Under the pieces are notes generated by a model that saw nothing but the letters and a program-made list of their open reading frames with translations, had not been told where the DNA came from and ran no database searches. A stretch of 64,000 nt of DNA from Rickettsia typhi (GTDB lineage: Bacteria; Pseudomonadota; Alphaproteobacteria; Rickettsiales; UBA1997): the NCBI GenBank assembly GCA_945862075.1, contig CAMAWV010000002.1:6872-70871 (forward strand), written 5' to 3'. Below are positions 41,401 to 48,104 of this stretch, piece by piece; the first letter of the stretch is position 1, and every line of letters begins with the position of its first letter. Both the position numbers and the translations under genes were made by a program.

Positions 41401-44400
41401 ATTTTGGCAGAAGGTACGTTGCTGATAAGATGAGTCCTTGGTATGATGCAAGTGTTACTGGAACAAGCCAATACTACGCCGGTTGGACTAAAGATAACAA
41501 CTATCATATAGCTAAAAAAATAGATATAACAGGCGATATGTTTAATATATTATGTAGTACAATCCCATCCGACAAAAGACCACCAGATAATAGTTGTGTT
41601 GGTTTTAAGTGTCCTAGTGCTTTTTGTAAAAATAATTATGACTCAGGATTTGTTATTCGTGAAATGTCCGGGGACGATAAGCATTACCTTGCCTTGAGTG
41701 AAGGTGTTAGAAGTTTGAAAATAATTATGTGGGGTTGTCCTACTGGTTATAATATAAGTTACGATTATCATGCTAATAGATGCATAGCATCTAGCTCTAC
41801 TTTTATCCCATCTAATTTTTATCCTAGTAGTATTGCTAGTGTTCGATGTTCTAGTTATAGTCTTTCTAGCAACAATATGTATGATCCAAGTAGTCCACCT
41901 GATTCTGCTATCACTCTTTATAATGGTCAGGTAAAAAATATGGCTTGCAAATTTGGTTATGAGGCTTATCAAATTAGCTCAACAGTTCTAGCATCGCCTG
42001 CAACCCCTAAAACATTATCTTGCAGTGTTCCTTCTGGATCAACATCGGCACCACCAGCTACTGCTAATTTTGAATGTAGGGCAAAACAATGTATTGCAGC
42101 AGATATTGCAGCTTTTTGTACAGCTGAGAAAATAAATAATTGCCCTTTAACTATCTCATTAACATCACCAACTACTAATCTTCAATGCATATCTCCTCCT
42201 GGTCGATTTGCCAATAATTTGATATGTATCAATGGTAAACCTAGTTATGATCGGGATTTTCGTATTGATAACTTATGTGGTCAATTTTGTACTTATACAT
42301 CACAAAATGCTGGTAAAGACGGTGTTACTTTCTTAACATCAGCATCAGGAAGTGGCGAATTGATAAGATATGATGAAAAATCTCTGTTCGTCTGTAAGAC
42401 CGGCTTTACACGTCAATATAATTCTGTTGGTCCTGATATAATACAAATTAATTGCAGAGCTGGCAATCTTGTTTACGACGATGCTCGTTGTATTTCTAAT
42501 AACTATTGCAGTTTAAATTCAGCTCCTGATATAAATTTTGCTAGTACTAATTGCAATCAGCCAGGTATTTTTTGCAAGAAAGTTGATGGCGCTACAACTG
42601 AAATATTAATTTCGCAAAATCAAAGTGTTAATGTTTCTTGTGGCGGTAGTACTGTTGGCACCAAAACCTATAATTGCACTAGTGGTAGTAGTACAGGCGG
42701 TACTGCAACTACTTCTGACACTTGTTCTCCTATCACTTGCACTGTTCCTTCTGCATTTTCTACTGCTAATATTATTTATACAACAGCTTCCGGATCTTCT
42801 CCATTAACTTCTTCAACAACTCTTGGTTATAGAGATTCTAGTGGTGGTTTAAATTGTGCTACTGGCTATACTAATTCTGCTGATTTAGGTTATACTTGCA
42901 CTACAAGTGGCATTGCAACAATGACTGGCCGTTGTTATCGTCAATGTATTGTTGACAGTGGGGTGATAACAAGTAATAGGGCATATACAAAACGATCTTC
43001 TTCAATAATTTATCTTAATCATAATTCTGTCTCGAATGCTAATATAGTTTGTAGCAGTGGCTATAGCGGAACTGCAGGTTATGCTTGTAATGATGGCACT
43101 CTTGCCTTTAATGGATGTAGTGTTAATAGTTGCACTATACCAAGTGATTCTCATATTAATATATCTGCTAATCAATTATCCTCAACTGAATCTCCAATTG
43201 GTCATGACACAACACTTTATTGCATACAAGGCTATACTTCTGTTTATAGTGCAGGATCTGCATCTTTAATGGCAGATTGCACTGGTGCATCAGGTGCTGT
43301 TGCTGGTGGTAGTTGTATAAAAAATTGTGACACTCTTCCCAATAGCGATTATGCTACCAAAAGAGGTGTTTATAACGATAAAGCCACTTGCAATGATGGT
43401 TATGGAGGAATAATCAGTCCTCAAAACAGAATCTGCCAAGCAAATGGCGCTTGGAGTGGAGCTTGCAATATTAACAATTGTGACACTCTTGCCAATAGCG
43501 ATTATGCTACCAAAATCGGTGTTTATAACGATCGAGCCATTTGTAAGGGTAGCTCAGGCTATGGATCTAGCACTCCTGGATATCATCTAGTTTGCCGAGC
43601 AAATGGCACTTGGAGTGCAACTTGTGTAACAAACTTATGTAATGTAAATCGTGGAGTTATTGGATACAATTATATAACAACTGATAACCCACCCGCAGTT
43701 CCTTATGGAGGAAATCGAGCAGGAGATCCTAATACAGGAAGTGGTTCTTATTTATTTAGTTCTGATTATATAAAATGTGCTGATGGTTATAGTAGCGGGC
43801 AAGGATCAGATGGTAAATCTGCTGTTTATCAATGCAATAATAAAAACTCAGATGGTACAAGAATCAATATCGACCCTATATGGTGTGCCCCAGAAAATTG
43901 TTCTTTTACTTATAGTAAATATGTAGGGGATCAATCCTCGCCAACATCTACAACTATAACCATTAATCACGGAACAACTGCTACCGCAGACAACTATAAT
44001 TGCGAATATAAACAACAAAATACAGAACCTCTTTCTTCAACCAATCCAGATGCAGTTCTTCTAAATCATAAAGGAAATATGAAACTTTCTTGTTCATTTG
44101 GAGTAGTTTCCAAGAATTCTTACTGCCCTGCTTCTACAACAATGACAGGATCAGAGAGTTCTGGCCAACAAGTTCTTACTATTAATGACCTAGGTAGCGA
44201 CAGAACAATAAGATCTTATGCTAGATATTATAAAGGAGTTGAGTATGGTTCGGGAGAATCAAAAGATGTAACATATCAAGTGGGCTGGTGTCAATTTGCC
44301 AACAGATGGGAGGTTCCTGCTTGTTATCTTAATACTTGGTGTAGAGTATGTGCAAAGAATGAGTGGTGGGGCGATGATCCTGCAAGAACATTCTGGAAAA

Positions 44401-44480
44401 AAATAGACTGGGTTTTATTATACTGCCCAAACACTAAATTCAATGGATCAAGACACGATTATGGATTATGTGATTATTGA
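29478..44480 (+). CDS. Giant (5000 aa) membrane-anchored, cysteine-rich surface or secreted protein with Sushi/CCP-like modules
   Basis: A single 15,003-nt open frame in AT-rich DNA; the longest alternative-frame ORF listed inside it is 109 aa. N-terminal hydrophobic anchor (LLYFIAIFGIISLLWQF). Cys residues recur along the whole length, often as C-x2-5-C linkers. By eye I see no RTX, autotransporter, Rhs/YD or NRPS motifs. Confidence 0.85.
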   Translation: MLILTKYKQAIIKVLSSLTNCLFFIWLQKIFSSKSKKILLYFIAIFGIISLLWQFHFKAVLSDANPPYKNTAHPRKDAFPTPILPSFDATTVLESPLTSETINVDRLGYALTKLYYQNGVDYFRCATNDLTKNDLQYYCDSSINKDDSLKIKDSQCGITPIFCTEEQVFNFQAIKRESFYKRSPGEKIIRLVKEYKSGDTILTDYRISYLPPYDQFNLVPTDSTGVLNVSSVGNPAIKIDSGSTSSPYTNYNGKASNLPACKAGASLQDIGNTCMLKIKIDDINRIKINAKDFDFAKTDDYCHTKTKEAPVLGENCRLPSCLSISKEYYRRPGINCLADCNDGAEFNGIDNANLRLPGINCLPACETGSKSVSYTSDYQSLDPFLPKDIGVTCFLKHQGYVMPVCNSTPLVNSPNSNSQNISDVKNTIIAASPNVPRKDCLNAADLPLCAFFSYADRAGVASKFGCLGMVMQNTAGGAPSFIDNQYVLGVDTINLSLLPQYDEDPGVTATLKNIPIIDYTPRNCNDATFTIGCGKPYTYSKLAQAASSIASGLYPANVDMIPVQDASYNDALNHDSVNENHANSLRTNPFYNTTRTSTAFSVGKDSSGVTVKYKITETLDPYYNATNKPSCSLLTKQELKFIGTRNCDLNQIWSDSTGGKNSIPDLSSSSSKNFCEGQYFCKVDTRCSMFSDEQLQEAKAFFHCLPAQYSKYEESKVDIKCNVLNDFEILALTKTTKTTSAVELDELKNYITNACFRGNLAFLIHKRIDHNIANSTILANTDNVPDYSKINSSIFDPSVVVGTLPSLASQCKYVDNARVNYMFPTGNPSACGASVTAISSTSGSCLSGKFACYHSSQFSCNLEHYKTACYLLANYKFQNIDSFLNGQTTSISDDKIAPISIGCSGSAPDNKKCVVKYGLDNLGMLNCFSDYANFTNTSTDGKFDADRFATISKCDANPLLLTLFVPNAKKTIVYADTTPLSQRLINDNKVDCPDCYCVSIDGSALSKTKYLISGGSDIDFSLSPDARSDSIVPICGAPNSNCYICYKPNFYAGLFKKSTPSSPYYPVIEHEITRLIGVMQEGASQETTSNMGYYQYEDPFYSWFFFPKPNTSGSDAIQTVRDCGDSKKCYKAFTVDFPNSRGSTDVNSPGFLNYSTNKAEYLDFFQYPPIYYYGNGSYGDDGEKEKYNLVSSEEGLNYGVPNRVGLHSINKISSPSATALRGADTMGVNPYGNYTYTSSFDREWLCGMNRDPGGLPDEDTFAYFAPVLVQGGRFGLQTNNVQGDRRRFAFSDTKWNSVTKKLEYYVNICLRYESAMAVGACGRRECRIDNKPGMMHCGEDQCRKFIVEAPDDGVYSKCHLLAKTAMADIDGKPQSHWFVNNLQESLSSESDPLRIDKFLDDDGLPTDYEKCAKLYSAPTLELGKRLGKGAGAAFLTAATFGLGVGVSAFVATVWDYTNHRVRAFYDKGGYVCAELDFYGMDLNAYNANKNDLKDYSFFELPDGEGKICYGGRVVNNNKECDFVNGGFNTFADLNSGIGGLPGAPDPTVWRAVRKVKFISNISNDPNIEFLGYSVPEVADQSTQYAYRTDTNVHNLFPAKMKAQDGLITMVYNHATRMRTIERIDSSLSETAIFRSHQNDRDTAAEQSPDLTYGLLQMSRGKKNPYYGFNGYSDDNDPTWKWLSTSFPDDYSLCSIFGFIPVPINGLCASISIPYVSTVAQDITKQREDGTGDGSRVATSTLYKTAFQPNNFLKEKVWFKSDCVPVQKRVGFPLLSAVATPDNAPNLFAPEPMVFALKTTSVTNSWKKITEINDMDKLNFSDPEIVLKYGNKYYYIQVPKKHASLTKCNTTNNKIFDNTGDARLKFILKEIPSVANDNDLLDKLNNNQVNSSKNEVSTTSTTKFEDDIPSFKEHHNPNFQDSTDSDSIPNKCGNSSRPYGVVIASNLKQITSAVPAVSNNTMLYAQIVAKKEHQGNQPVLCVYRALMNGDNPAAAEDSDLKIIACFPRQQPLVNNMRLVKTPLSDVNNDFLNHEVSFEYKYSDVSTAYDRIANMFKIITPSVPGNLNNANKYQLKDKLYDLFIAKNTGFIEDGIYFEGIKISSVRHYCTALNLDCIDNEREIQKICNNEDLICNRSMVKTNEDLEKLNRDLNHENYDAFNKNVAKYSIRESLIVKLRVRNFCTTDLLNSCNLINGYTSDDIKKFPAIQTLNPQWNNRTTTLPSDISDSAKNTLGFKNMVCLKKGVENLINQSPQFVVQTKNGLPDNVKGKKATSDNYQICPESLPSISYRFAEIYEYKQGNVLNNIITGGNDLCVGIGGGTINVPKLVDFCEAELYPLKNLKYVNFKENFLRKEDLITQGNVIYKSLIAKNYTPPASSYFYSDENDLGEFGVDKSHNNRNNGKIINSNTRTAHAEVDVSFAGDDGMYGICNGFWKNKDIIDAPRYRCDSATTLVLSRSPSSDTCTRYSCPAIQYGNPISSSLSDGYNNQANKNGLYTFYSGNYVIGLDVMKKRGWASWKSFTKTNDFIEDVEGNVGNKSACVVGFAKDRSSLDVGLFDSNSCAVAQDSNPGTAKMLTAICPNSSVGDGNVYNNVGDLPSTQCNQFGYWRFDWTSEEFLTRYDGGIFSMSSGKTVLDSCQRIECSVTDLESKFFDTTPNPKTPIRLIKQRCRDSLPGSPVVIIAELNTQIPSFVVNKYYYLKTNNLTNCNNATQVHIIKKGTSYDATDGKTYDQIDIASIPSNARDFNTSSTNPVTAWYFKVIQPSLDFAIDTLRFEVTTKNNKNTVEHEKLLKVWSKIAGFQPQSDSRTSIPAMRNKTIEHDKIGGEKISKISANLDDDDYDTEGKCLISLGYRIIATGFNPKLLCNYQGILKIKVPCISTCDAVDNSMADTEIHGYSLWAETENKIKVCGDRCSPVTTKIPFSYIGKSTPQCLTGKKPYPYPPFRSLEGVKFEFMNNPIVSVQARYHSSSTKSKDIYDATACSSALNGCIVEFDKTNITENVFLKESNTEVALYKKDSLGGKEKFASYDILPNVKYKINQESSDYFVTLVQSIKLTDDNRWQEYNINKRKIFKVADCSISANSINCQCGSGSHPACPFDNVFDKISEGEVVEINLASSSSPVSLKFQQNTSYTNNIDIETISTASSHFVLQLKKDLSGNLQWKQLVGSYLGLERLANTTSVSMATCTQLIDSAVGLASSDYNCNLNLNTLADPPVVLRNNQEIKINFPSTVLTGGNPSDNYIINYNSKPVKKYNSQGNLITNFNHQELFGDYILRAVDEPSNGVGIDYYLLINATDFASAPANNNYPLPNRTCRYGIGNVWSLPDSACQNTCPGLTQTVPSSGDVEAIITNNNFDSRIGSAITEHTISTSGLSGLSLGYLSVHNSGVAIQNRDKIAVKVVDITANQATLHVIWPALSHQHDVTLILQKDSNTYKIIQTNPIGTGPLEPSLSALHYERDGVKDSIILYRRCGADGKWQDPISLCPIAGPAKGGHSSLNSILGFVSASNIEPGNEYTPTIASIRSNTSFDFNPGFDTGVLKQKALQNMDSISAVFYRLFKVASGDNIAQIPVIPDYRIIGNSLNQFGVSNNGNGVPLGMNPHNIYAYAMCNYNYSNNSSNPDYYNFYNQDFGSALNNGWGTNAKYQCQSATDNHLNTYKIATSSGTSACTQKCNAGIIHRVGRDTNLQLGGNIDENFTGAATGAGSTTTNYSKIEVSKTYFADNSYSKYNLINTGDHYNFYSGNSGIGGDPDKIRLFEIFGSITPRNCKDMSNSESGRCNLFEKTSQSSTDGLVDVVLESQCNNESGITINPSISINKDDGLGTYGYIGEHPVKVSKYCWGLKKTQSADILLPYASCRSNGQFSLANPFQGKKQDESTRFKFWKDVHGGESISEYIINNGIVREILLQYGDIAMRRGDTCGLDRWRRRCNSSVVLLKNGAVNYDSERRLPEFEYSKIVDEDMCGCWDGVINWSIHYNFGRRYVADKMSPWYDASVTGTSQYYAGWTKDNNYHIAKKIDITGDMFNILCSTIPSDKRPPDNSCVGFKCPSAFCKNNYDSGFVIREMSGDDKHYLALSEGVRSLKIIMWGCPTGYNISYDYHANRCIASSSTFIPSNFYPSSIASVRCSSYSLSSNNMYDPSSPPDSAITLYNGQVKNMACKFGYEAYQISSTVLASPATPKTLSCSVPSGSTSAPPATANFECRAKQCIAADIAAFCTAEKINNCPLTISLTSPTTNLQCISPPGRFANNLICINGKPSYDRDFRIDNLCGQFCTYTSQNAGKDGVTFLTSASGSGELIRYDEKSLFVCKTGFTRQYNSVGPDIIQINCRAGNLVYDDARCISNNYCSLNSAPDINFASTNCNQPGIFCKKVDGATTEILISQNQSVNVSCGGSTVGTKTYNCTSGSSTGGTATTSDTCSPITCTVPSAFSTANIIYTTASGSSPLTSSTTLGYRDSSGGLNCATGYTNSADLGYTCTTSGIATMTGRCYRQCIVDSGVITSNRAYTKRSSSIIYLNHNSVSNANIVCSSGYSGTAGYACNDGTLAFNGCSVNSCTIPSDSHINISANQLSSTESPIGHDTTLYCIQGYTSVYSAGSASLMADCTGASGAVAGGSCIKNCDTLPNSDYATKRGVYNDKATCNDGYGGIISPQNRICQANGAWSGACNINNCDTLANSDYATKIGVYNDRAICKGSSGYGSSTPGYHLVCRANGTWSATCVTNLCNVNRGVIGYNYITTDNPPAVPYGGNRAGDPNTGSGSYLFSSDYIKCADGYSSGQGSDGKSAVYQCNNKNSDGTRINIDPIWCAPENCSFTYSKYVGDQSSPTSTTITINHGTTATADNYNCEYKQQNTEPLSSTNPDAVLLNHKGNMKLSCSFGVVSKNSYCPASTTMTGSESSGQQVLTINDLGSDRTIRSYARYYKGVEYGSGESKDVTYQVGWCQFANRWEVPACYLNTWCRVCAKNEWWGDDPARTFWKKIDWVLLYCPNTKFNGSRHDYGLCDY
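43323..43639 (+). repeat. Tandem duplication of one four-cysteine module inside the giant gene (period about 153 bp)
   Basis: aattgtgacactcttCccaatagcgattatgctaccaaaAGAggtgtttataacgat at 43323 recurs at 43476 with only 4 substitutions. gcaaatggcGcttggagtgGaGcttg recurs as gcaaatggcActtggagtgCaActtg. Protein: CDTLPNSDYATKRGVYNDKATC... versus CDTLANSDYATKIGVYNDRAIC... Confidence 0.8.
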
Positions 44481-44932
44481 TATTTTTCAATTTTGCGTAT
44501 TGTATAAAAAGCATTCCACACCTTTTCTTGTAAACCGCAGTTATTTAATTTTTAAGTGAATGATACTCAAAAATGGTTTTTTATTTTGGCATCTCCTACA
44601 GCATTATAAATGGCGGTTGTGAAGAAGTTAGTTGTCAATTAAAATTTTATGAGTGACAATCTAAATAAGAATACAGCAATGCCTGTGTTTGATATCTAGA
44701 TTAAACAAGATTTGATCATTTTACAAAAAGCTTTTGATAATATTATCTTAACTTTCTAATTAGATATTTTTATCATTTCTTATCTTTAAGTAATGCGATT
44801 AATAATTATTTCAAAGAGAAAAATAAATGTAGCTAATGTTTTTATCAAAGGCAATCAAAAACTAGCTTTATAAGAATATTTATCTGGTAAACTAAACTTT
44901 ATTGCGAAAGAATCTCAAATTTCTTTCTTAAA

Positions 44933-45133
44933 TCAATCAAGATCTGTTTTTGATTTGGTGCCAAATCTTGATTCATCAACATAATTAATGTGCTTGGTTG
45001 GATTTTTGCCATCATAATTTGCTTTTATTTCGGTTAGAATTTTTTTAATTCCCCGAGTTTTTCTTGATTTTGTGTATAGTGAATTATCGAAGTTTCTTAA
45101 TATAATTATAGAGTTTTTAATTGGTCTTGGCAT
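44933..45133 (-). pseudogene. Possible remnant of an IS630/Tc1-type DDE transposase
   Basis: A 66-aa ORF ends in ...KHINYVDESRFGTKSKTDLD, resembling the first catalytic-Asp region (xDExRFG) of IS630-family transposases. It is isolated in about 770 bp of otherwise non-coding, stop-riddled DNA. The assignment is weak. Confidence 0.3.
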
Positions 45134-45253
45134 ATTTTTGAAGTGTGTTTAACAAAATGATTTCCAAGATTATCTAGCGATGATTCGTCAATATTTTATT
45201 ACATTATTGAAAATGGTGTTATATAAAAACAATCTGTGTTAAATATTTTGATA

Positions 45254-46051
45254 TTATACTAAAACTCCGCCGAGTTTGATAGGAGTAATTTTAATAGCAA
45301 GCCCTTGTTGATTAGCCTGCACAAAACAACCGCAAAAAGTAGCTTCTTGACTGGCGGGTTGCATACGTTCGGTTTTTCTTTTGTGTAAAAAAATTTGAAT
45401 TGGCACATTTTTTTCCATACCAATTACCGAATCGTAGTCGCCACACATACCAGCATCGGTTTGATAAGCGGTGCCAGCTTTCATAATGTGGCAATCATTA
45501 GTAGGAATATGAGTGTGCGAACCAACAAGAGCGGTTATTTTTCCATCTAAAAATTTTGCCATGGCCATTTTTTCAGAGGTGGCTTCGGCATGAAAATCAA
45601 CAAAAATAGCATCAATATCTTTGCCGAGGGGGTAATTTTTAATAATTTTTTCGGCAAAAGCAAAAGGACAATCAACATTATATTTCATAAAAACCTGCCC
45701 CATCAAATGCAAAACTAAAATTTTTTTAGTGCTTGAAACCTCAAAAATACCAAAACCATTACCAGGGCTAGAAGGCGGAAAATTAGCAGGGCGTAAAATA
45801 TTTTTGTGTGTAGAAAGTAAATTATTAGCTTCTTTGTTATCCCAAATATGATCGCCACCAGTAATAACATTGGCTCCTGCTTGAAATATTTCAAGGCAAG
45901 ATTGCTGATTTAAGCCAAAACCACCACTAGCATTATCGGCATTAACAATAATAAAATCGAGGTTTAACTGCTGTTTGAGAAGTGGTAAATATTTAGCAAC
46001 AGCGGTTTTGCCAACCCTACCTACAACATCACCACAAAATAAAATATTCAT
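45254..46051 (-). CDS. YmdB-family metallophosphoesterase (2',3'-cyclic-nucleotide phosphodiesterase-like)
   Basis: ILFCGDVVGRVGK, NADNASGGFGL, ITGGDHIWD, DFHAEATSEK and GSHTHIPTND match the TIGR00282/YmdB pattern. Confidence 0.85.
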   Translation of the reverse strand: MNILFCGDVVGRVGKTAVAKYLPLLKQQLNLDFIIVNADNASGGFGLNQQSCLEIFQAGANVITGGDHIWDNKEANNLLSTHKNILRPANFPPSSPGNGFGIFEVSSTKKILVLHLMGQVFMKYNVDCPFAFAEKIIKNYPLGKDIDAIFVDFHAEATSEKMAMAKFLDGKITALVGSHTHIPTNDCHIMKAGTAYQTDAGMCGDYDSVIGMEKNVPIQIFLHKRKTERMQPASQEATFCGCFVQANQQGLAIKITPIKLGGVLV

Positions 46052-46537
46052 TTAATAACCTTGCTTTTTAAGGTTTAAATTATTTTGTAAAGCAGATTCG
46101 TATTTGTCGCCATTTTCAAGGAGTTTTTCTTTGGTGTAGTAAAGTTCTTGGCGAGTTTCGGTGGCAAACTCAAAATTAGGGCCCTCAACAATTGCATCGA
46201 CAGGGCAAGCCTCTTGACACAAGCCACAATAAATACATTTAATCATATCAATGTCATATTTAGTGGTTTTACGACTGCCATCTTCTCGTTCACAAGCCTC
46301 AATAGTGATTGCCGAAGCTGGGCAAATTGCCTCGCATAACTTACAGGCAATACAGCGTTCTTCGCCGTTAGGGTATCGACGCAGAGCATGTTCGCCACGA
46401 AACCTAGGGCTGATTGGGCCTTTCTCGTAAGGATAATTGATGGTATATTTTTTTTTAAACATATGCTTAAAAGTAAGCCAATGTCCTTTGATGATATCGA
46501 TTAACAAAAAAGAAAAAAGATATTTAAATATTTTCAT
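46052..46537 (-). CDS. nuoI: NADH-quinone oxidoreductase subunit I
   Basis: Two 4Fe-4S motifs, [12 protein letters not shown] and [12 protein letters not shown]. Confidence 0.95.
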   Translation of the reverse strand: MKIFKYLFSFLLIDIIKGHWLTFKHMFKKKYTINYPYEKGPISPRFRGEHALRRYPNGEERCIACKLCEAICPASAITIEACEREDGSRKTTKYDIDMIKCIYCGLCQEACPVDAIVEGPNFEFATETRQELYYTKEKLLENGDKYESALQNNLNLKKQGY

Positions 46538-46540
46538 TTT

Positions 46541-47533
46541 TTATAAAAAAGGTTGGAAATAAACAATATAAGTGGCAACACCTATCACCCAAAGCAGAGA
46601 AATAGGTAGAAATACCTTCCAACCTAAGCGCATTAGTTGATCGTAGCGATATCGTGGTAAAGTAGCTCTTACCCAAATAAAACAAAAAAGTAAAAAAATA
46701 ACTTTTAGCATTAACCACACAAAGCCTGGAATAGCCATGCAAAAAGGATGATTACAAATTGGCAACCAACCACCTAAAAATAAAATAGAAGCAACAGAAG
46801 AAATGAGAATCATGTTGGCATATTCGCCTAAAAAAAACATAGCAAAAGCCATAGAGCTATATTCAACATTATAACCAGCCACAAGCTCGGCTTCGGCCTC
46901 GGGAAGATCGAAAGGGTGACGATTAGTTTCGGCTAAAGCAGAAGCAAAAAACAAAACAAACATAGGAAACATAGAAAAAACATACCAGCCATTTTTTTGA
47001 GCCAAGACAATTTCAGATAAGTTAAGAGAGCCAGCCATCAAAACCACTGAAATAACAATAAGACCAATGGAAACCTCGTAAGAAATCATTTGAGCAGAAG
47101 AGCGGATGGCACCTAAAAAAGCATATTTAGAATTACTCGCCCAACCAGCAATAATAATGCCATAAACACCTAAAGAAGAAGTAGCAAGCAAATATAATAC
47201 ACCGATGTTAAGATTGGCAACTACAAAATTTTCGCTAAATGGAATTACTGCCCAGCCAATAAGAGCAAGCACAAAGGTGATAATTGGCGCAAGTAAAAAT
47301 AAGGCTTTATTTGCTTTATCTGGAATGATAATTTCTTTTAACAGCAGTTTTAAACCATCGGCTAAAGGTTGCAATAAACCAAATGGACCAACTACATTAG
47401 GGCCTTTACGCAGTTGCATAGAAGCAATAACTTTTCGCTCCATTAAAGTAAGGTAGGCAACCGCACCAAGCAACGGCAGTATTATAATGATAATTTTTAT
47501 AAGAACAGAAATTAGATAAGAAATATCTATCAT
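46541..47533 (-). CDS. nuoH: NADH-quinone oxidoreductase subunit H
   Basis: [39 protein letters not shown], and [28 protein letters not shown] trimmed the start from 47698 to ATG 47533 (MIDISYL..., 330 aa) to match normal NuoH length and to avoid overlap with the divergent queD. Confidence 0.9.
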   Translation of the reverse strand: MIDISYLISVLIKIIIIILPLLGAVAYLTLMERKVIASMQLRKGPNVVGPFGLLQPLADGLKLLLKEIIIPDKANKALFLLAPIITFVLALIGWAVIPFSENFVVANLNIGVLYLLATSSLGVYGIIIAGWASNSKYAFLGAIRSSAQMISYEVSIGLIVISVVLMAGSLNLSEIVLAQKNGWYVFSMFPMFVLFFASALAETNRHPFDLPEAEAELVAGYNVEYSSMAFAMFFLGEYANMILISSVASILFLGGWLPICNHPFCMAIPGFVWLMLKVIFLLFCFIWVRATLPRYRYDQLMRLGWKVFLPISLLWVIGVATYIVYFQPFL

Positions 47534-47684
47534 TTGATTCAAAAATAATGTTAAAAGACCAACTAGTAAACTTGATATTAATTTTAAAGAACAATATTTT
47601 TTTGTCAAACATTTTATATTGCATTTTATAAGTAAATTAGCTATACTTTTTTCTAGAAAAACAACAAAAATTTTATTTAATTTA

Positions 47685-48104
47685 ATGATAACCTGCACTA
47701 GAAAATTTCATTTTGATTCTGCTCATCGAGTAATGCAACACGAACATAAATGTAAGTTACTGCATGGCCATCGCTATGTGGTTGAGGCAACTTTTACCGC
47801 TTCTAATCTTGATAGTGTTGGTAGAATTATTGATTTTTCAATCATTAAAAATTTACTTGGCTCTTGGTTAGATAACAATTTTGATCACAACACAATTCTA
47901 CATCAAGAAGATGCTTTACTAGGCGAGCAAATTTCTAAAATAACTGGGCAAAAAATTTATTACCTACCTTGTAATCCTACTGCCGAAAATATTGCTTGGT
48001 ATTTACATAAAAAAATCTGCCCTATGCTTTTTGATGATTATAACATTACTTGTGTAAGTATCGCCGTTTTTGAAACTCCTAATTGTTCTGCCAAAATAAA
48101 ATGA
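47685..48104 (+). CDS. queD: 6-carboxy-5,6,7,8-tetrahydropterin synthase
   Basis: FHFDSAHRV...HGHRY (zinc and catalytic His cluster) and FDHN are present. I trimmed the start to ATG 47685 ([10 protein letters not shown]). Confidence 0.85.
   Translation: MITCTRKFHFDSAHRVMQHEHKCKLLHGHRYVVEATFTASNLDSVGRIIDFSIIKNLLGSWLDNNFDHNTILHQEDALLGEQISKITGQKIYYLPCNPTAENIAWYLHKKICPMLFDDYNITCVSIAVFETPNCSAKIK

Noticed and set aside
43323-43639. Possibility that the near-identical repeat pair is a diversity-generating retroelement template/variable region pair
   Set aside because: The substitutions between copies are not adenine-specific (C/G, GA/TC, AA/CG, C/T). Both copies are in-frame modules of the same gene. 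No reverse transcriptase gene is present in the window.
29478-44480. Many 60-109 aa antisense or off-frame ORFs inside the giant gene (e.g. 41643-41972, 36633-36893, 40705-40998), and similar ones inside the secretin, pyrB, glmU, valS and ffh genes
   Set aside because: They are short, have low-complexity or hydrophobic translations typical of AT-rich off-frames, and are fully embedded in much better supported genes.
44499-45241. Possible terminal inverted repeats (ATTGT...ACACC versus GGTGT...ACAAT) bracketing the transposase-like remnant
   Set aside because: The similarity is limited to 5-nt ends plus generic A/T runs, which is not distinguishable from chance in this composition.
47534-47698. 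Long N-terminal extension of nuoH, and the 47619 start of queD
   Set aside because: The extensions would make the divergent nuoH and queD genes overlap head-to-head and add non-homologous residues. Internal ATGs at 47533 and 47685 give canonical N-termini and lengths.
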